Counted from the first letter of the stretch, positions 25,881 to 38,914 are shown. The stretch: 64,000 bases of DNA from Octopus vulgaris (GCA_951406725.2 OX597820.1:98394001-98458000), one strand, 5' to 3'. Numbers and translations: made by a program. Notes: generated by a model not told the origin, from the letters alone.

Positions 25881-27628
25881 CAATATTAGCGATTATATAT
25901 GCTATACTTACACTTTGATGCTGGAAATTAATTTTGGTGTATATGTTGTAAACTTTCCCTCTAGTAGTATATATAATAAAATCACGGGCCATTGAATTAT
26001 ATGGTGAATTAAATTGCACTGCATATGTTATAAGCTATATGTTATGATATGTTAGTGAGTTATAAGTAATTACTATCCCATAAAACCTCCTGCCTAGTTA
26101 GTCTGACTTCATCATGTGATTAAACTATTTGTTCCTTTCTATGATGCTCAACCCTACTGATCATATTATGTATATTTGTAATGTCTTTTATGTAAGTCCC
26201 CTAGAAACCATAAAGTCATATATGTAATAGAACCTGTAACATTACAACTTATAAAATCTCTTCAGTCTGAATACCTCCAACTGCCCTCGCAACTCCCATA
26301 CCTACTACTTCCTCTTTTGGGGTTATCTTTATCTCTTCCCTACCTCAAATTTTAATACCCTGTCTCTTTAAATGTAAGTTATATAGATTTCTTATCATTT
26401 TCTATAAATTCTTATTATTTTGTTTTCTTACTTTGATATTCTTACCTATTAATATCTTATCTCTATAAGTTGCTACTGTTCTTAAATAGAGATAAATTCT
26501 TTCTAGTTAGTTAAGAGTCTATGCGAGAAGGTTATACTATATCCATACAAACGTATACATATTTGTGTATGTGTGCATGTGTGCACATAGGTAAATATGT
26601 GTGTTTATCTGTACACATTAACATTTTTTTTCTGATTCTTGGCTTATAATTAATATATCGAGAGCATATTTGTTTTCCAGTATTCCATAAGCAAATGCCC
26701 AGAGCAGTCTTCATAGAAACCACCTAATAAGTAAATAATTAAGTACATGAATGAATATTAAACTGATTTTATGTAATATTTCCTTTTTAATGTTGAAAAC
26801 TGATATATGTATATACACATTTTATCTATTTTGGTTATGATATCATTTTTGATAATCTTAAATTTTATCTGTACACAACATAACAATATTGTTTATAAAC
26901 AATCACCCATAGTACCCCATGATAAAATTTCCTCTGTATTAACATCACAGGTTTTATTAGCGTCTTGCCCCTTTAACTGATAATTAACACCATGATTTGG
27001 GGGTCTTTCCTTACTCAGCCTTCTTTATAGACAGATACATTATACCCAATTCACTACTCCTAAAAAATCTTGACAATATTTATGACCATTCCTAGCTATG
27101 GCTGTCGACTCACTCTTGCCCTTCGTTCTAAACAGACAGTCCTCTAGTCTTAGATTTAGTAGTTGATAAAAAGTCTAATAAATTAAAAATGAACCACAAT
27201 CCTTTACAAGCTATGACTCCAGTAAGCTTCATGCATTTCTTGGAAGTGTAGTATATTCTTAGCTACAATAGCGACAACATAGATTTCTTCCATCTTCGTG
27301 CTCTCTTAAAGTATTAGAGTAACATTATATTAATGTGTCCGACTGATTAAAAGATTAAAATTCTAGTTATTTATTTGTGCAGCCTTGCATTTAAATTGAT
27401 ATAATGATTGCAATATTCAATTAAATGGAGCCGCTTGAAACGGTCGTACTGCATCACTTTTTGATATCCTGTTGCTTATTTGGGAAACTCTTATTATAAT
27501 AGTGGAAATAGCTGAATTCTTTGGCTGCTATTTCTAAAAGTTCGGTGTGTGGTAAATCAATTTTTTTGCTGAACCTTAATTATATAAAGTAATATATATA
27601 TATATGAGCACATATACACATTTTTATA

Positions 27629-27702
<74 letters not shown>

Positions 27703-27709
27703 AAGAGAT

Positions 27710-28900
27710 AGAAAGGGAAAGGGTGTTCGGGATATATTATTTATATAAAAATGTGTAACTACCTTAGACTAGGTATTAAATATTGGGTCCATATTTCAAT
27801 TAATGGTTGTAGCTATTTGCCCCACTAATTCTCTCAGTAAAACCACGAACATCACAGCATACGTTTTCTAAATTCATTAATGCAATAGTTTTTGATATAC
27901 GTGTGTTTATAGAAAATTAGTGAACTCCCTGTATTCGCTCTTTATTGATTGCACAAGGAGCGCAGGCGGAAAATTTTGTATTTGTATGGCCAATAAAACA
28001 GGCAGGGCCACGAGGTTTACAAATTTCATATTTGCAATTGAATTTATAAATTGAATTGCTTGTTAATATCTTGTTCCCGAGTTTCCTGGCTATTGATTAG
28101 GAAGGTTTCGAATTTCAGTGTTTTGTTGCAATCATATTAGTGGGGATTTCGCTCTAAGAGAGGCCTGTATGCTAATGATTTTTTTTATTATCTATTTAAT
28201 CAATTTAAGAATTTATTTAATTAACTCTTGAAAGCCACGAGGGAGTGAGGAGAACACATGATAACCCGTATGAAAAGAATGAATTAAGGCGAAACAAAAA
28301 TCTACAAAAAGAAACGTAAAAGGGAGAAGGTAGTTAGACGTACATAAAAGAAATAATTTTTGTGGACAGTAATAGAGTGCTTCTGCTATAGAGGAAAATA
28401 ATTGCTTCCGATGCTAAATGATATCGTGGATGGTTTTATCATCGGGTGAATATATACATTAGTTAATATTATATCTATTGTTTCTGCTACAGGAACTTTG
28501 GTGTGAATATGATGCCTACTTCATTAGCTTCTTCAAAGATGTCTAAAAACCCTTAGAATGAATGTATAACTTAGCCTCCGGTTTATAGTGTTTAATAATG
28601 TTACCCAATTGTTTAATAATCTTGTGTTGGTGTATATATTTCAGCTGAATCAGAGGGAGTTGAATTGCACCTCTACTTTTATTGTTCCGTGAGAATTTGC
28701 TTGGTGAATTTGTGCTTAATACGGGGCTGGAGATAATGGGTTGCCATATGTGTGTATGTCACCGAAATAAACTTAACTATTAATTGGGGGATTTTTTTTT
28801 TTGAGCAATATCAAATTCAAATTTTCGTTCCGTCACTCAATGATATGCTAATTCTTGCATTATGTTCGCCTTTACCTGTAATTACGAAATTATGTTCTTG
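27710..28900 (-). mobile_element. Second, older Penelope-like remnant in the opposite orientation
   Basis: Minus strand HTYGNPL and TKVPVAETIDIILTNVYIHP (RT), FIGHT (YIG-like). Confidence 0.65.
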
Positions 28901-29044
28901 TCAGTTTTAAATATAACGTTATATTTTGATGACACCGTTACTTCATTAATAGTGCGGAGGAAGATTAAGACTCAGGTTAATAATATTTGGACATCTCTCT
29001 CTCTCTCTCTCTCTTTATTTTCTCTCTCTGATTATTTCTGAGTT

Positions 29045-29083
29045 TCTTTCTGTTGAAGAGCGTAGGCTCGAAATGTAAATGAC
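29045..29083 (+). ncRNA. Minimal hammerhead motif (A6U-type variant) in a short element at about 29000-29175; a related deleted copy lies at 22170-22290
   Basis: UCUUU-CUGUUGA-A-GAGC guag GCUC-GAAA-UG-UA-AAUGA. Confidence 0.55.
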
Positions 29084-30290
29084 TTTCTCACTTCCCGAGC
29101 GTTAAACTGATACATCTGTTTGTTGTTTACACACCCGTCTTCGACTTTTGCTTTTTTTTTGTAAATTCCAACTATATATATATACGTGTGTCGATGAATT
29201 AATTATCTGTTGCACACTGGGGTCGATCTAATCGACTGGGCCCCTCTCCCACAAAAATTTGGGCCTTGTGCCCAAATTGGACTAAATTTCATTTTGTTTT
29301 ATGCCAAAATGTAGTAAGGGACAAGTCCTCTTCAAAAATGTTAACAGTTTTCCATTTGGTCAAGAACTGAATTAGCGACAAGCTCTGAAAGATGCTGCAT
29401 CTGAGTAAATTGCGGCCTTAAGAATATTATTCAGCTATTACTGTAGTTGAATGATATATATATATATATATGTATGTGTATATATATATATATGTATGTG
29501 TATATATATATGTATATATATATATGTATATATATATATATGTTACATTCTCATTTGTATGAATCTTGAAATTTATCATCTAAGTTCATACTGTTTTATT
29601 TACATAAGCAATGAAAGAAAAGATTTTATCGAAGATACATTCATAAGTTATATATTTTATGACTATGGGGCAAGGAGGAGACAAACAAACATATAATTTA
29701 AATAAATTAAAGCACTTTTATGGCGTAACGTAAGAATATGTTTTGAATAATTAACAAAGAAGTTAACATGAAGTTACATGTGCCAAAGGAAAAAAAGTAA
29801 GAAAAATGAGGATCTAACATTTTGCTTTGTGTATATGTGTGTATACAGACATACATGCACATACACACTCACACACGCGCGTGCATATTAATGTGGATGC
29901 TTTGTGTAACTTTATACATAAAAACGATAGAATATTGACTAAAACAGCTCTTAATACATATAATTACATTTTGATATTTATTTTTACGTGTCAAATGTTA
30001 GCAGAGATTTTGATGTTTCGCAGGTGATTGGCCTGGTCAGATTGTAAACTTTATAGCCGTTCATACCATTTATAAGCCAGAATCCACCCTGTGAGTGGGA
30101 TGAAATGAATGTCAAGGAGCCAAGGTCTATGCACGTTGAAAATTTAATTTAATGTAAAACTGGGTTGAAAATTAAAGAGTGTGATGTATTGGATTAAGAA
30201 AACAGGAAGATACATACATACATACATACATACATACATACATACATACATACATACATACATACATACATGATAAATACATACATACAT

Positions 30291-30827
30291 GGTGGCTGCC
30301 CCTTCGTTAGCGAGTATGGCCATTGCACAAAGCTTAATCAATGTTGTTATCATGCAATGCCTGTGCAAGAAGATATTTTTTTAAGTGAGGAAAGGCTGTG
30401 CACTGAGTCAATCCCACTCACTAAGCAACAGCAGCCATAATCCGAAAAGAAGAACAAGTCAACATCATCGGTAACCACTGAGCCGCAGGTTTTATGTCGG
30501 AGTTATCCCAGTTACCTGAGTTGCCTTCTCCTAGAAGGATGCCCTGACAAAGGCTAGGAGTCCTTCACTCCCAATGGTTTAACTGCGCGATCGGGTATTC
30601 AATCCGATTATTTCTATGTCCCCGCGCATGATACAGCTTTAAGACATTTATTGGATGGCCGTTGACTCTCAAGAGTTCCTCCGCCCTTTGACGGGTTTTG
30701 TTTTTCATCCCGCAGGGTGACCAATAAACACCCTCCTCACCAAGCGAGCTTGGTGGGGTTGCCGGATTAATCGCCGACGACCCGACCATGCAACAGGTAG
30801 TACTGGGTTACATGTTACCAGTAGCAC
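30291..30827 (-). mobile_element. Non-autonomous RTE-like element (structured 5' UTR-like region + short 3' end) in (TATG)n
   Basis: Contains CTAGGAGAAGGCAACTC, resembling a motif I recall from RTE 5' UTRs; 3' end CGAAGGGGCAGCCACC; no coding domain. Confidence 0.6.
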
Positions 30828-30839
30828 TACATACATACA

Positions 30840-30873
<34 letters not shown>

Positions 30874-30877
30874 CATA

Positions 30878-31098
30878 CGAAGGGGTGCTGAAAATTTCCT
30901 GGTTTTAAGGGTATCGTGAAAGGCTTAGTATGAGGCCCAACCACCCACCCGAGTTCTTCTACATGATTTAGAAAAACTGAAGGACCACTGCAATAAGTGT
31001 GTGAATCTGAGAGGGGAATATGTTGAATAATATCATAATTAACTGATCCTTCTGTATTTTCTTTTACTCAGATCCAGGAACTTTTCAGTACCTCTTCG
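30878..31098 (+). mobile_element. Mariner-derived MITE with TA TSD
   Basis: TIRs CGAAGGGGTGCTGAAAATTTCCTGG/CCAGGAACTTTTCAGTACCTCTTCG flanked by TA; internal LEKLKDHCNKCVNLRGEYVE* (mariner C-terminus). Confidence 0.85.
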
Positions 31099-31329
31099 TA
31101 TACACATATATATATGTGTGTGTATGTGTGTGTGTGTGTGGGGGGGTATTTTTCTCTCCTTTTCCCGAATGTCTATCTGTTTCTTTTCATTTGCATATAA
31201 ATATTTATGCTTTTCTTCGTCTGTCTCCATAACTGAACCGCTGTTTTGTTTTGTATTAACTCTTTTACTCTTGTATTTCTTTCAGTCCTTTGATTGCTAC
31301 CATGCTGGGGGTACCGCGTTGAATCAAGA

Positions 31330-31761
31330 GGATGGCTTCTGTAAGACCCTATGTCTAGCTACAGGACACTGCACCATGCTACACAATTTCTGTTATGGCA
31401 ATCAGACAATTTCTGCGACCACATCATACCTAACATCTGGCCACCTAACTCCTCACACTTCAAATCCCTTGATTATTATGTGTGGGACGCAGCTGAGCTA
31501 GAGACCAACGAAACTCTTTGTAACATCAAAGATGAAGTGAAATGATGGATTTTAGCAGCATTCACCAATTTAACGAGGAGACCGCCCGGAAGAGTTGCAG
31601 GGGATTCCGAAGTCGTCTGGAAGTCGTGGTTGTAGCCAAAGGCGATTTTATAAAATATATTTACTCTTTAGTATTTCATGATATTTTTATGTAATTTTGG
31701 TAAATATAACTGACATTACATTTTTTCGTAATTTAGACGACAATATATTCGCTGCACCCTG
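31330..31761 (+). mobile_element. Tc1/mariner (DD37D/maT-like) transposase C-terminal fragment and right end
   Basis: WPPNSSHFKSLDYYVWDAAE..SCRGFRSRLEVVVVAKGDF. Confidence 0.8.
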
Positions 31762-31762
31762 C

Positions 31763-31797
<35 letters not shown>

Positions 31798-31831
31798 TGT
31801 ATGTATGTATGTATGTATGTATGTATGTATG

Positions 31832-31901
<70 letters not shown>

Positions 31902-31998
31902 ATCCAAACATGAAAACACAAAGAGAAAACACAACAACGCGAGGACGTGGAACAAATATAGTATTATTGGACGCTCATGAAGGAAGGGAAGAAGGAGG

Positions 31999-32033
31999 GT
32001 TTAACGTTTCGAGCAGAGCTCTTCGTCAGAAAC
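31999..32033 (-). ncRNA. Minimal type I hammerhead ribozyme in a short (TA)n-embedded element (31897-32112)
   Basis: GUUU-CUGACGA-A-GAGC ucu GCUC-GAAA-CG-UU-AAAC. Confidence 0.72.
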
Positions 32034-32170
32034 ATAGGAAAAAGAAAGATCCAGAGAAGGGAAGACAGAGGAAAAAAAATCGCCAACGGTAAACACGCGG
32101 TCACATTTTGAATATATATATACACACATATATACATATATATACATACACAGACACACACACAGACACA

Positions 32171-32259
<89 letters not shown>

Positions 32260-32301
32260 CAATAATAATTCTCTAAATGAGATATAGACAGTAACTGCTC
32301 C

Positions 32302-32610
32302 ATAACATAAGGGACTAAAGCCATCTGAATATGGCTAGGGACAGGCAGGGTGGTGGGGGTGTTACTGTTGCATTTAGCCCCAGGCGAACATCAACGTCGC
32401 CAGATAGGCTTGACACCATCACGGCGTCCTTTATCGTGTGTGGTTTCCGCTTCATCGGGGAATTATCTCCCTTTGCAGGATAAAGGACGCCGTGATGGTG
32501 TCAAGCCTATCTGGCGACGTTGATGTTCGCCTGGGGCTAAATGCAACAGTAACACCCCCACCACCCTGCCCTGTCCCTAGCCATATTCAGATGGCTTTAG
32601 TCCCTTATGT

Positions 32611-32613
<3 letters not shown>
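32302..32613. repeat. Near-perfect inverted repeat (134/135-bp arms, 43-bp spacer), foldback/MITE-like
   Basis: 32302-32435 is the reverse complement of 32479-32613 except for one C indel. Confidence 0.93.
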
Positions 32614-32660
<47 letters not shown>

Positions 32661-33034
32661 GCATGCATCCATATACATACGTGTGTATGTGTGAGTGTGT
32701 GCGTATGTGTTCTGTTTGTTCCCCAACACCGCTTGACAACTGATGGCGTCGGTTTGCTTACGTCCCCGTGCATTGAAGATTCATCAAAAGAGACCGATAG
32801 AATTAGTACTAGGCTTGAAAAATAAGTTCTGAAGTAGATTTATTCAACTAAACCATTCATGGAGGTGCCCCAGCAGGGCCACGGCCCACAAATTGAAACA
32901 AGTAAATGATAAGCGATAAATATATTAAGAAATATTTCAGTTGATGTTTGATTTTCTTTATGCATGATTAAATATAATAAAAGCTCACTGACACATAACA
33001 GTGGTTTCTTTCTCTCTCTCTCTCTGTATACTGT

Positions 33035-33452
33035 TTACTGCTTTACTTGTTTCAGTCATTTGACTGCGGCCATGCTGGAGCACCGCCTTTAATCGAGCAA
33101 CTCGACCCCGGGACTTATTCTTTGTAAGCCTAGTACTTATTCTATCGGTCTCTTTTGCCGAACCGCTAAGTTACGGGTACGTAAACACACCAGCATCGGT
33201 TGTCAAGCGATGTTGGGGGACAAACACAGGCACACAAACACATACACACACATACATACACACACACACATATATATATACATATATACGACGGGCTTCT
33301 TTCAGTTTCCGTCTACCAAATCCACTCACAAGGCTTTGGTCGGCCCGAGGCTATAGTAGAAGACACTTGTCCAAGGTGCCACGCAGTGGGACTGAACCCG
33401 GAACCATGTGGTTGGTAAGCAAGCTACTTACCACACAACCACTCCTGCGCCT
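33035..33452 (-). mobile_element. SINE family A, full length; a plus-strand 3' half lies at about 32700-32920
   Basis: Reverse complement of 2182-2598. Confidence 0.9.
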
Positions 33453-33800
33453 GTATGTCTATATAATTTGAATATGTTCTAGTGTGTTTGCGTTTGTAAA
33501 ACTAGACGCTAGCAAAGTGGCATGTTTAAGAAGTACGTTTCACAACCACCTGGTTCCGGATTCAATCCCGCTGCGCGGCGCCTTGGGCAGCTGTCTTATA
33601 CTTTATTCTTGCTTGATTTATGACATTCGAGTGAAATTTGGTAAGGAAGTTCGTCCTGTGTCTGTGGGTGTGGGTGTGTGCGCGCGTTTGTGTGTATGTG
33701 CGTGTGCGTGCGTGTGGTTGTGTGTGCGTGTCTGCGTGTATATATAATATTCATATAATAGTGTGTATGTATATATATATACATGCATGTATATGCATAC

Positions 33801-33834
<34 letters not shown>

Positions 33835-34081
33835 GCACACATACACACGTTTTCATGCGAGTCGTGTTTCACGATCCTACACTCTCCAACGGTATGAAAT
33901 TCGAGTGGAATGAGGTCTTTGCATGCGTCCCTGTCTCACAAAACATTAAAGAAAACAACTAGGACAGATATGAAACCATCCTTAAACCTATATTTGAAAA
34001 AAAGACGTAACGAAATGTCTTCAGTTTCAATATGCTTTATACTCTCCAACATGTATTGAGTACACTTCATACAATTCGTAG

Positions 34082-34155
<74 letters not shown>

Positions 34156-34748
34156 TTATATATCTATCTATATATAAATAGAAAGAGAGAATGGACTAAG
34201 CGGAGCAGGAGCGCACACGAGGACGGAAGGTGTCGCTGAAGAGGCCACAGATATGTGAAGAAAGATTTCCGGACAATGGACATGAGGTAGAATAAGAACA
34301 GTAATAAACGAGTGAAGAACGAATATATAGTGCGTGTGTCTATTTGGCAAATTAAAAAATGACCATTCCGAAATACAGCAGTATATATAGCCATCTTTCA
34401 ATTTATCTAATATATAGTATTAGAATGAGTAGACAAACGAAAGAAGAGCACACAACACGTTTATTGGGACTTAAATGGATGGATCAAAATAGTTTGATTC
34501 AAACTCCTTCGTGCTCTAAGTTTCAAGCGTGTTGTTAGTCTTCGGCCATTTGAGTCAACAATGGCCGAAGACTTGTAATACGCTTGAAACTCAGAGCACC
34601 AAGGAACATGAATCAAACTGTTTTGATCCATATATATGTGCGCGCGTGCGAGTGTATGTGTAGCATACATTTATATATATACATACTCACACACATGCAC
34701 ACACATACACACACATATATAAATAGATAGATAAATAGATAGACAGAC

Positions 34749-34830
<82 letters not shown>

Positions 34831-35591
34831 GGAGAAAGAATGAGAGTAGTTAGATATCGATTAATATAGAAAAATGTATTGACAGCTAGATAGTTTTATT
34901 GATAAATATGTAAGTCTATATGTGTAGATACTTTTATCGGCATAAAGTGATACTCAGAGTAGCCTTCGACAGGCCAAATGTAATTTATCTCTTCGATATA
35001 AACGGATAAATACCTCACGGTAATAAATAACAAGGCCTGTCTGATTTATTAAATAGTTCACAGCAATTTCTTTTTATAGTTGCAGTCCAATGACTAAAAC
35101 CAGCAATAGAATAAAAACACACATAACTATATTATACATATCAACTTTGTTGTCTATGTAATAGAGATGATAACGTGTTGTGAGAGACAGTGGGTGCGTA
35201 CGTGCGTCTTTGTGAGTACTTAAACGCACATAGAAAATAATGGTGGAAGAGTGTCACTTAAACGCAACTGCCCTGGATGTTAGAAGAGAACATCTCTTAT
35301 CTAAATGTTTCGCAGAACATAAAATAAAACAAATACAAATTATAATGGCCAGGCTAATTTAGCTATCTGGAATAATGCTGAAACGGTTTTACGTTTCCAT
35401 TTTTTGTCCACTAAATAAATTTATGAGGGCGATTTATTAACATTTTGCCTCACGAATATTTAGTTCAGTCAAGGAAGCTGTATATACCCCTTAATTCTAA
35501 TTTGAAAATTAATTTCTTGAAACATAAAAAAAACTGAAATAAACGAAATAAAGATGTTTTAATGTTTGTCCTTGTTGTTGTTCTTAATGCT

Positions 35592-35750
35592 TCATGTGAC
35601 GGCGACCCATGCGAATACCTCATGCGGACGCCGGATATCGTCTGCGTCAATTACTGCGGATGTCGGTCGGTTGGTGTTTCTTAGTAATCGGTCACCGAAG
35701 CTAGAGTTATATTTCTTTTCCTTATTAATCACACCCAATGTAAAGAATGT
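35592..35750 (-). CDS. Candidate terminal coding exon of an unidentified gene
   Basis: TTTAACAG| then open phase-0 TFFTLGVINKEKKYNSSFGDRLLRNTNRPTSAVIDADDIRRPHEVFAWVAVT*; CpG-rich unique patch; minus-strand AATAAA at 35433-35438. Confidence 0.35.
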   Translation of the reverse strand, partial: TFFTLGVINKEKKYNSSFGDRLLRNTNRPTSAVIDADDIRRPHEVFAWVAVT

Positions 35751-36869
35751 CTGTTAAATGCCTATGTATTTAACACCTACAGACTCTTACATGCACGTCT
35801 GTAAAGAGGGTCTTAGCTACCAGTCCTATCCAAAGTTTTTTTTTTCAAAAAGAAAAAAGAACAAGCATATTATGTAAATGTCTTCCATAAAAGATTCGCA
35901 GTTTAAAGATGATTTATTTACATATTTCTCGATGCTTCTACAGTTACTTTCCAAGTATAAACAAACATATACGTTATGGTTGTTTAGCTCCATTGCCAGC
36001 ACTAATGGTATTATTATTTACTCCCAGGCCAGCTTTGATTAAACAGGCTTTGCCTCAAAGTCATTTCAGCCGGAACGATTATGCCTTTTGCTGTTTAGGG
36101 GTTTGTCAGATAAAAAATATATCTAGAATTACATCGTTTTGCCCTTTTCTTCAAAGAGAATCTAGTGCTATTTAAGGCAGGTCAAGTCACCAGCGCATTA
36201 TTACACTCTTACTGTATTGTTAAACTACATAGTATCTTTATGATCGTTAATCTTGCTGTTGCTGTTCTAGTTGTCTTTACTACTTTTATGGTTGTTGTAG
36301 AGCTGGTGGTCATATTTTTGTTGTTGCTAATTCTCTTAATGCTATTAGTATTATAGTATTCTTCAGAAAACTGATACTGGCGCAGATAAGTTTTATAATT
36401 TTGTAGACAGATGAACGCATATCTACTGAAAAACGATATGAGATGACCCGATAAAGGATTATAGGTCAATAGGGTGTAATTTATTAAAACCCACTTGCAA
36501 AAATAAAGAAAAAGAGAAACGAAAATAGGGCATGTTATAATCTCAGGCGCATAATAAGATTTACGAAAATAAGATTACGAAATATTTTCAAACAAGTGTG
36601 CCCATGGAATACCGCGAGTAGAAAAAAATCGGATGAGATGCTAGGATGGTACGTATTTTTGTGAATGTATATGTTTATATGGATATGTGTGGTAAAAAGC
36701 TTGCTTCCCAACCACATGATTCAGTCCCACTGTGTGGAATCTTGGGAGAGTGCCTTGTACTATAGCCTTGGACCAACCAAAGCGTTGTGAGTGGGTTTCG
36801 TTGACGGAAACAGAAAGAAGTTTGCCGTGTGTAAGCATGTATGAATGTATATGTATATATATGTACATT

Positions 36870-37075
36870 CTTTTATTCTTTTATTTGTTTCGGTCATCTT
36901 AACTGTGGCCATGCTGGAGCACCGCCTTTAGTCGAACAAATCGACCCCAAGAGTTATTTTTTGTAAGCCAAGTGCTTATTCTATCGGTCTCTTTTGCCGA
37001 ACCGCTAAGTTGCGGAGAGACGTAAACATACCCACATCGGTTGTCAAACGATGGTGAGGAGACTAACACACACAA

Positions 37076-37125
<50 letters not shown>

Positions 37126-37245
37126 GACGGGATTCTTTCAGTTTCCGCCTACCAAATCTATTCAAAAGGCTTTGATCGGCCCGAAACTAAAGTAGAAGAC
37201 ACTTGCCCGAGGTGCCACGCAGTGGGACTAAACCCGGAACTATGT
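36870..37245 (-). mobile_element. SINE family A (5'-truncated); a plus-strand 5' half lies at 36685-36830
   Basis: Homology to 2182-2598. Confidence 0.85.
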
Positions 37246-37246
37246 G

Positions 37247-37566
37247 ATACGTTTATATCGATTGAGACAGTCATATCAATGAGGAGGCATGATTTTTGTT
37301 TCAAGTCTTTCAATATGATGGCTGGCCTATTTGCATCTATGTTTCTGTCAGTTTGAATGGTGAAGTTCCAGAGGAGTGAGATGTGATCATTTTCAAGCCC
37401 TGGGATGGTCTGTGTTCCCACCAGATTTTGTCATGAGGCAAGTCCAGATTTTTGCAAATTACCCAGTGAATTTATTGTGCAGCTCTATCATGCCTGTTGA
37501 GATACTCAGTAGGCACATGGAGACAACATGATCAATGGTCTCATATTGTTGCTGACATACATGACA
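37247..37566 (-). mobile_element. Dong/R4 zinc knuckle + RLE fragment
   Basis: CHVCQQQYETIDHVVSMC, RHDRAA, LLWNFTIQTDRNIDANRPAIIL..CLLIDMTV. Confidence 0.82.
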
Positions 37567-37642
<76 letters not shown>

Positions 37643-37928
37643 GTTATTGTTATTGTTATTGTTATTGTTATTATTATTATTATTATTAATATTATTATTA
37701 TTGTTATTGTTATTATTATTATTATTATTATTGTTATTGTTATTGTTATTATTATTATTATTATTATTGTTATTATTATTGTTATTGTTATCGTTATCGT
37801 TGTTATCATTATTATTATTATTATTATTATTATTGTTATTGTTATTGTTATTATTATTATTATTAATATTATTATTATTATTATTGTTATTGTTATTGTT
37901 ATTGTTATTATTATTATTATTATTGTTA

Positions 37929-37962
<34 letters not shown>

Positions 37963-38045
37963 CATTATTATTATTATTATTATAATTATTATTATTGTTG
38001 TTGTTATCGTTATCGTTATTATTATTATCATTATTATTATTATTA

Positions 38046-38082
<37 letters not shown>

Positions 38083-38090
38083 TATTATTT
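37567..38090. repeat. (ATT/GTT)n microsatellite
   Basis: Direct reading. Confidence 0.97.
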
Positions 38091-38399
38091 CTGTTTATCA
38101 CAGGCTTTGATGGAACTCCTGGAGTCTAGCATGCGTACCCGGCTTGCTACCTGCAGCCTACGGTACCGTGCTATTCGTCCTTTTCAGCTAGCTCTCTTAT
38201 ACTTTCCTATGCTTGTCAAAGTGAACTTTGTCTTTCATCCTTTCAGGTCTGAGCGCTGGGGTTGGTGTAATTGTTTAACATCCTTCTCACCAAAGTTCAT
38301 GCCTTATGGCTATAGTAGAATAGATTATTATCACAAAGCGGTGAGCTGGCGGAATCGTTAGCACACGATGTCTATAGGGCACGCAATGTCTACGACCAG

Positions 38400-38914
38400 A
38401 GACGATTCTTTCCACCGTGTTTAGTAGCACAATACTGCATTTCCGATCTTCGATTCCATAATTTAATGGGATCATGAAATCTTCCAAATCTTTCTTCTGT
38501 CGTTTTCTACGGTATCCTTTGGTACATATTCATACCATTTTCTCGATTTTTCGAATCCAAACTTATTAGAGAGTTCACAGTCAACAGTTCTGGCTGCATT
38601 GTCATGCCTTTTTTTTTATATACTCTCTGTGTCAATTTGTTTCATTCGCTTAAACTATGTCATACTGTCTCTCCGACTTCACAACACATTCTGTAAATAT
38701 TAGATTCTGGGGAAAGATCAAGTCTGTGAGTGCTGCAGTTTCTTTTCAATGCTTGTTCCTGTGCTGTGAATATCAAGGCCTCTGTCTTAGGTTTCATGTC
38801 AGTTTTTGTAACTATATCCATATTTTCTGGATTTGTGTTTCCTCATGTGTCTCTCAAGAACTTATCTCGTATTTTCGCATCTTCTTATCCTCCCAATTAT
38901 TTTTCCGCTTCGTT

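Noticed and set aside
35554-35684. Plus-strand signal peptide or defensin-like peptide
   Set aside because: One frame has TAA at codon 3; the other (40 aa, 5 Cys) does not fit a CS-alpha-beta spacing.
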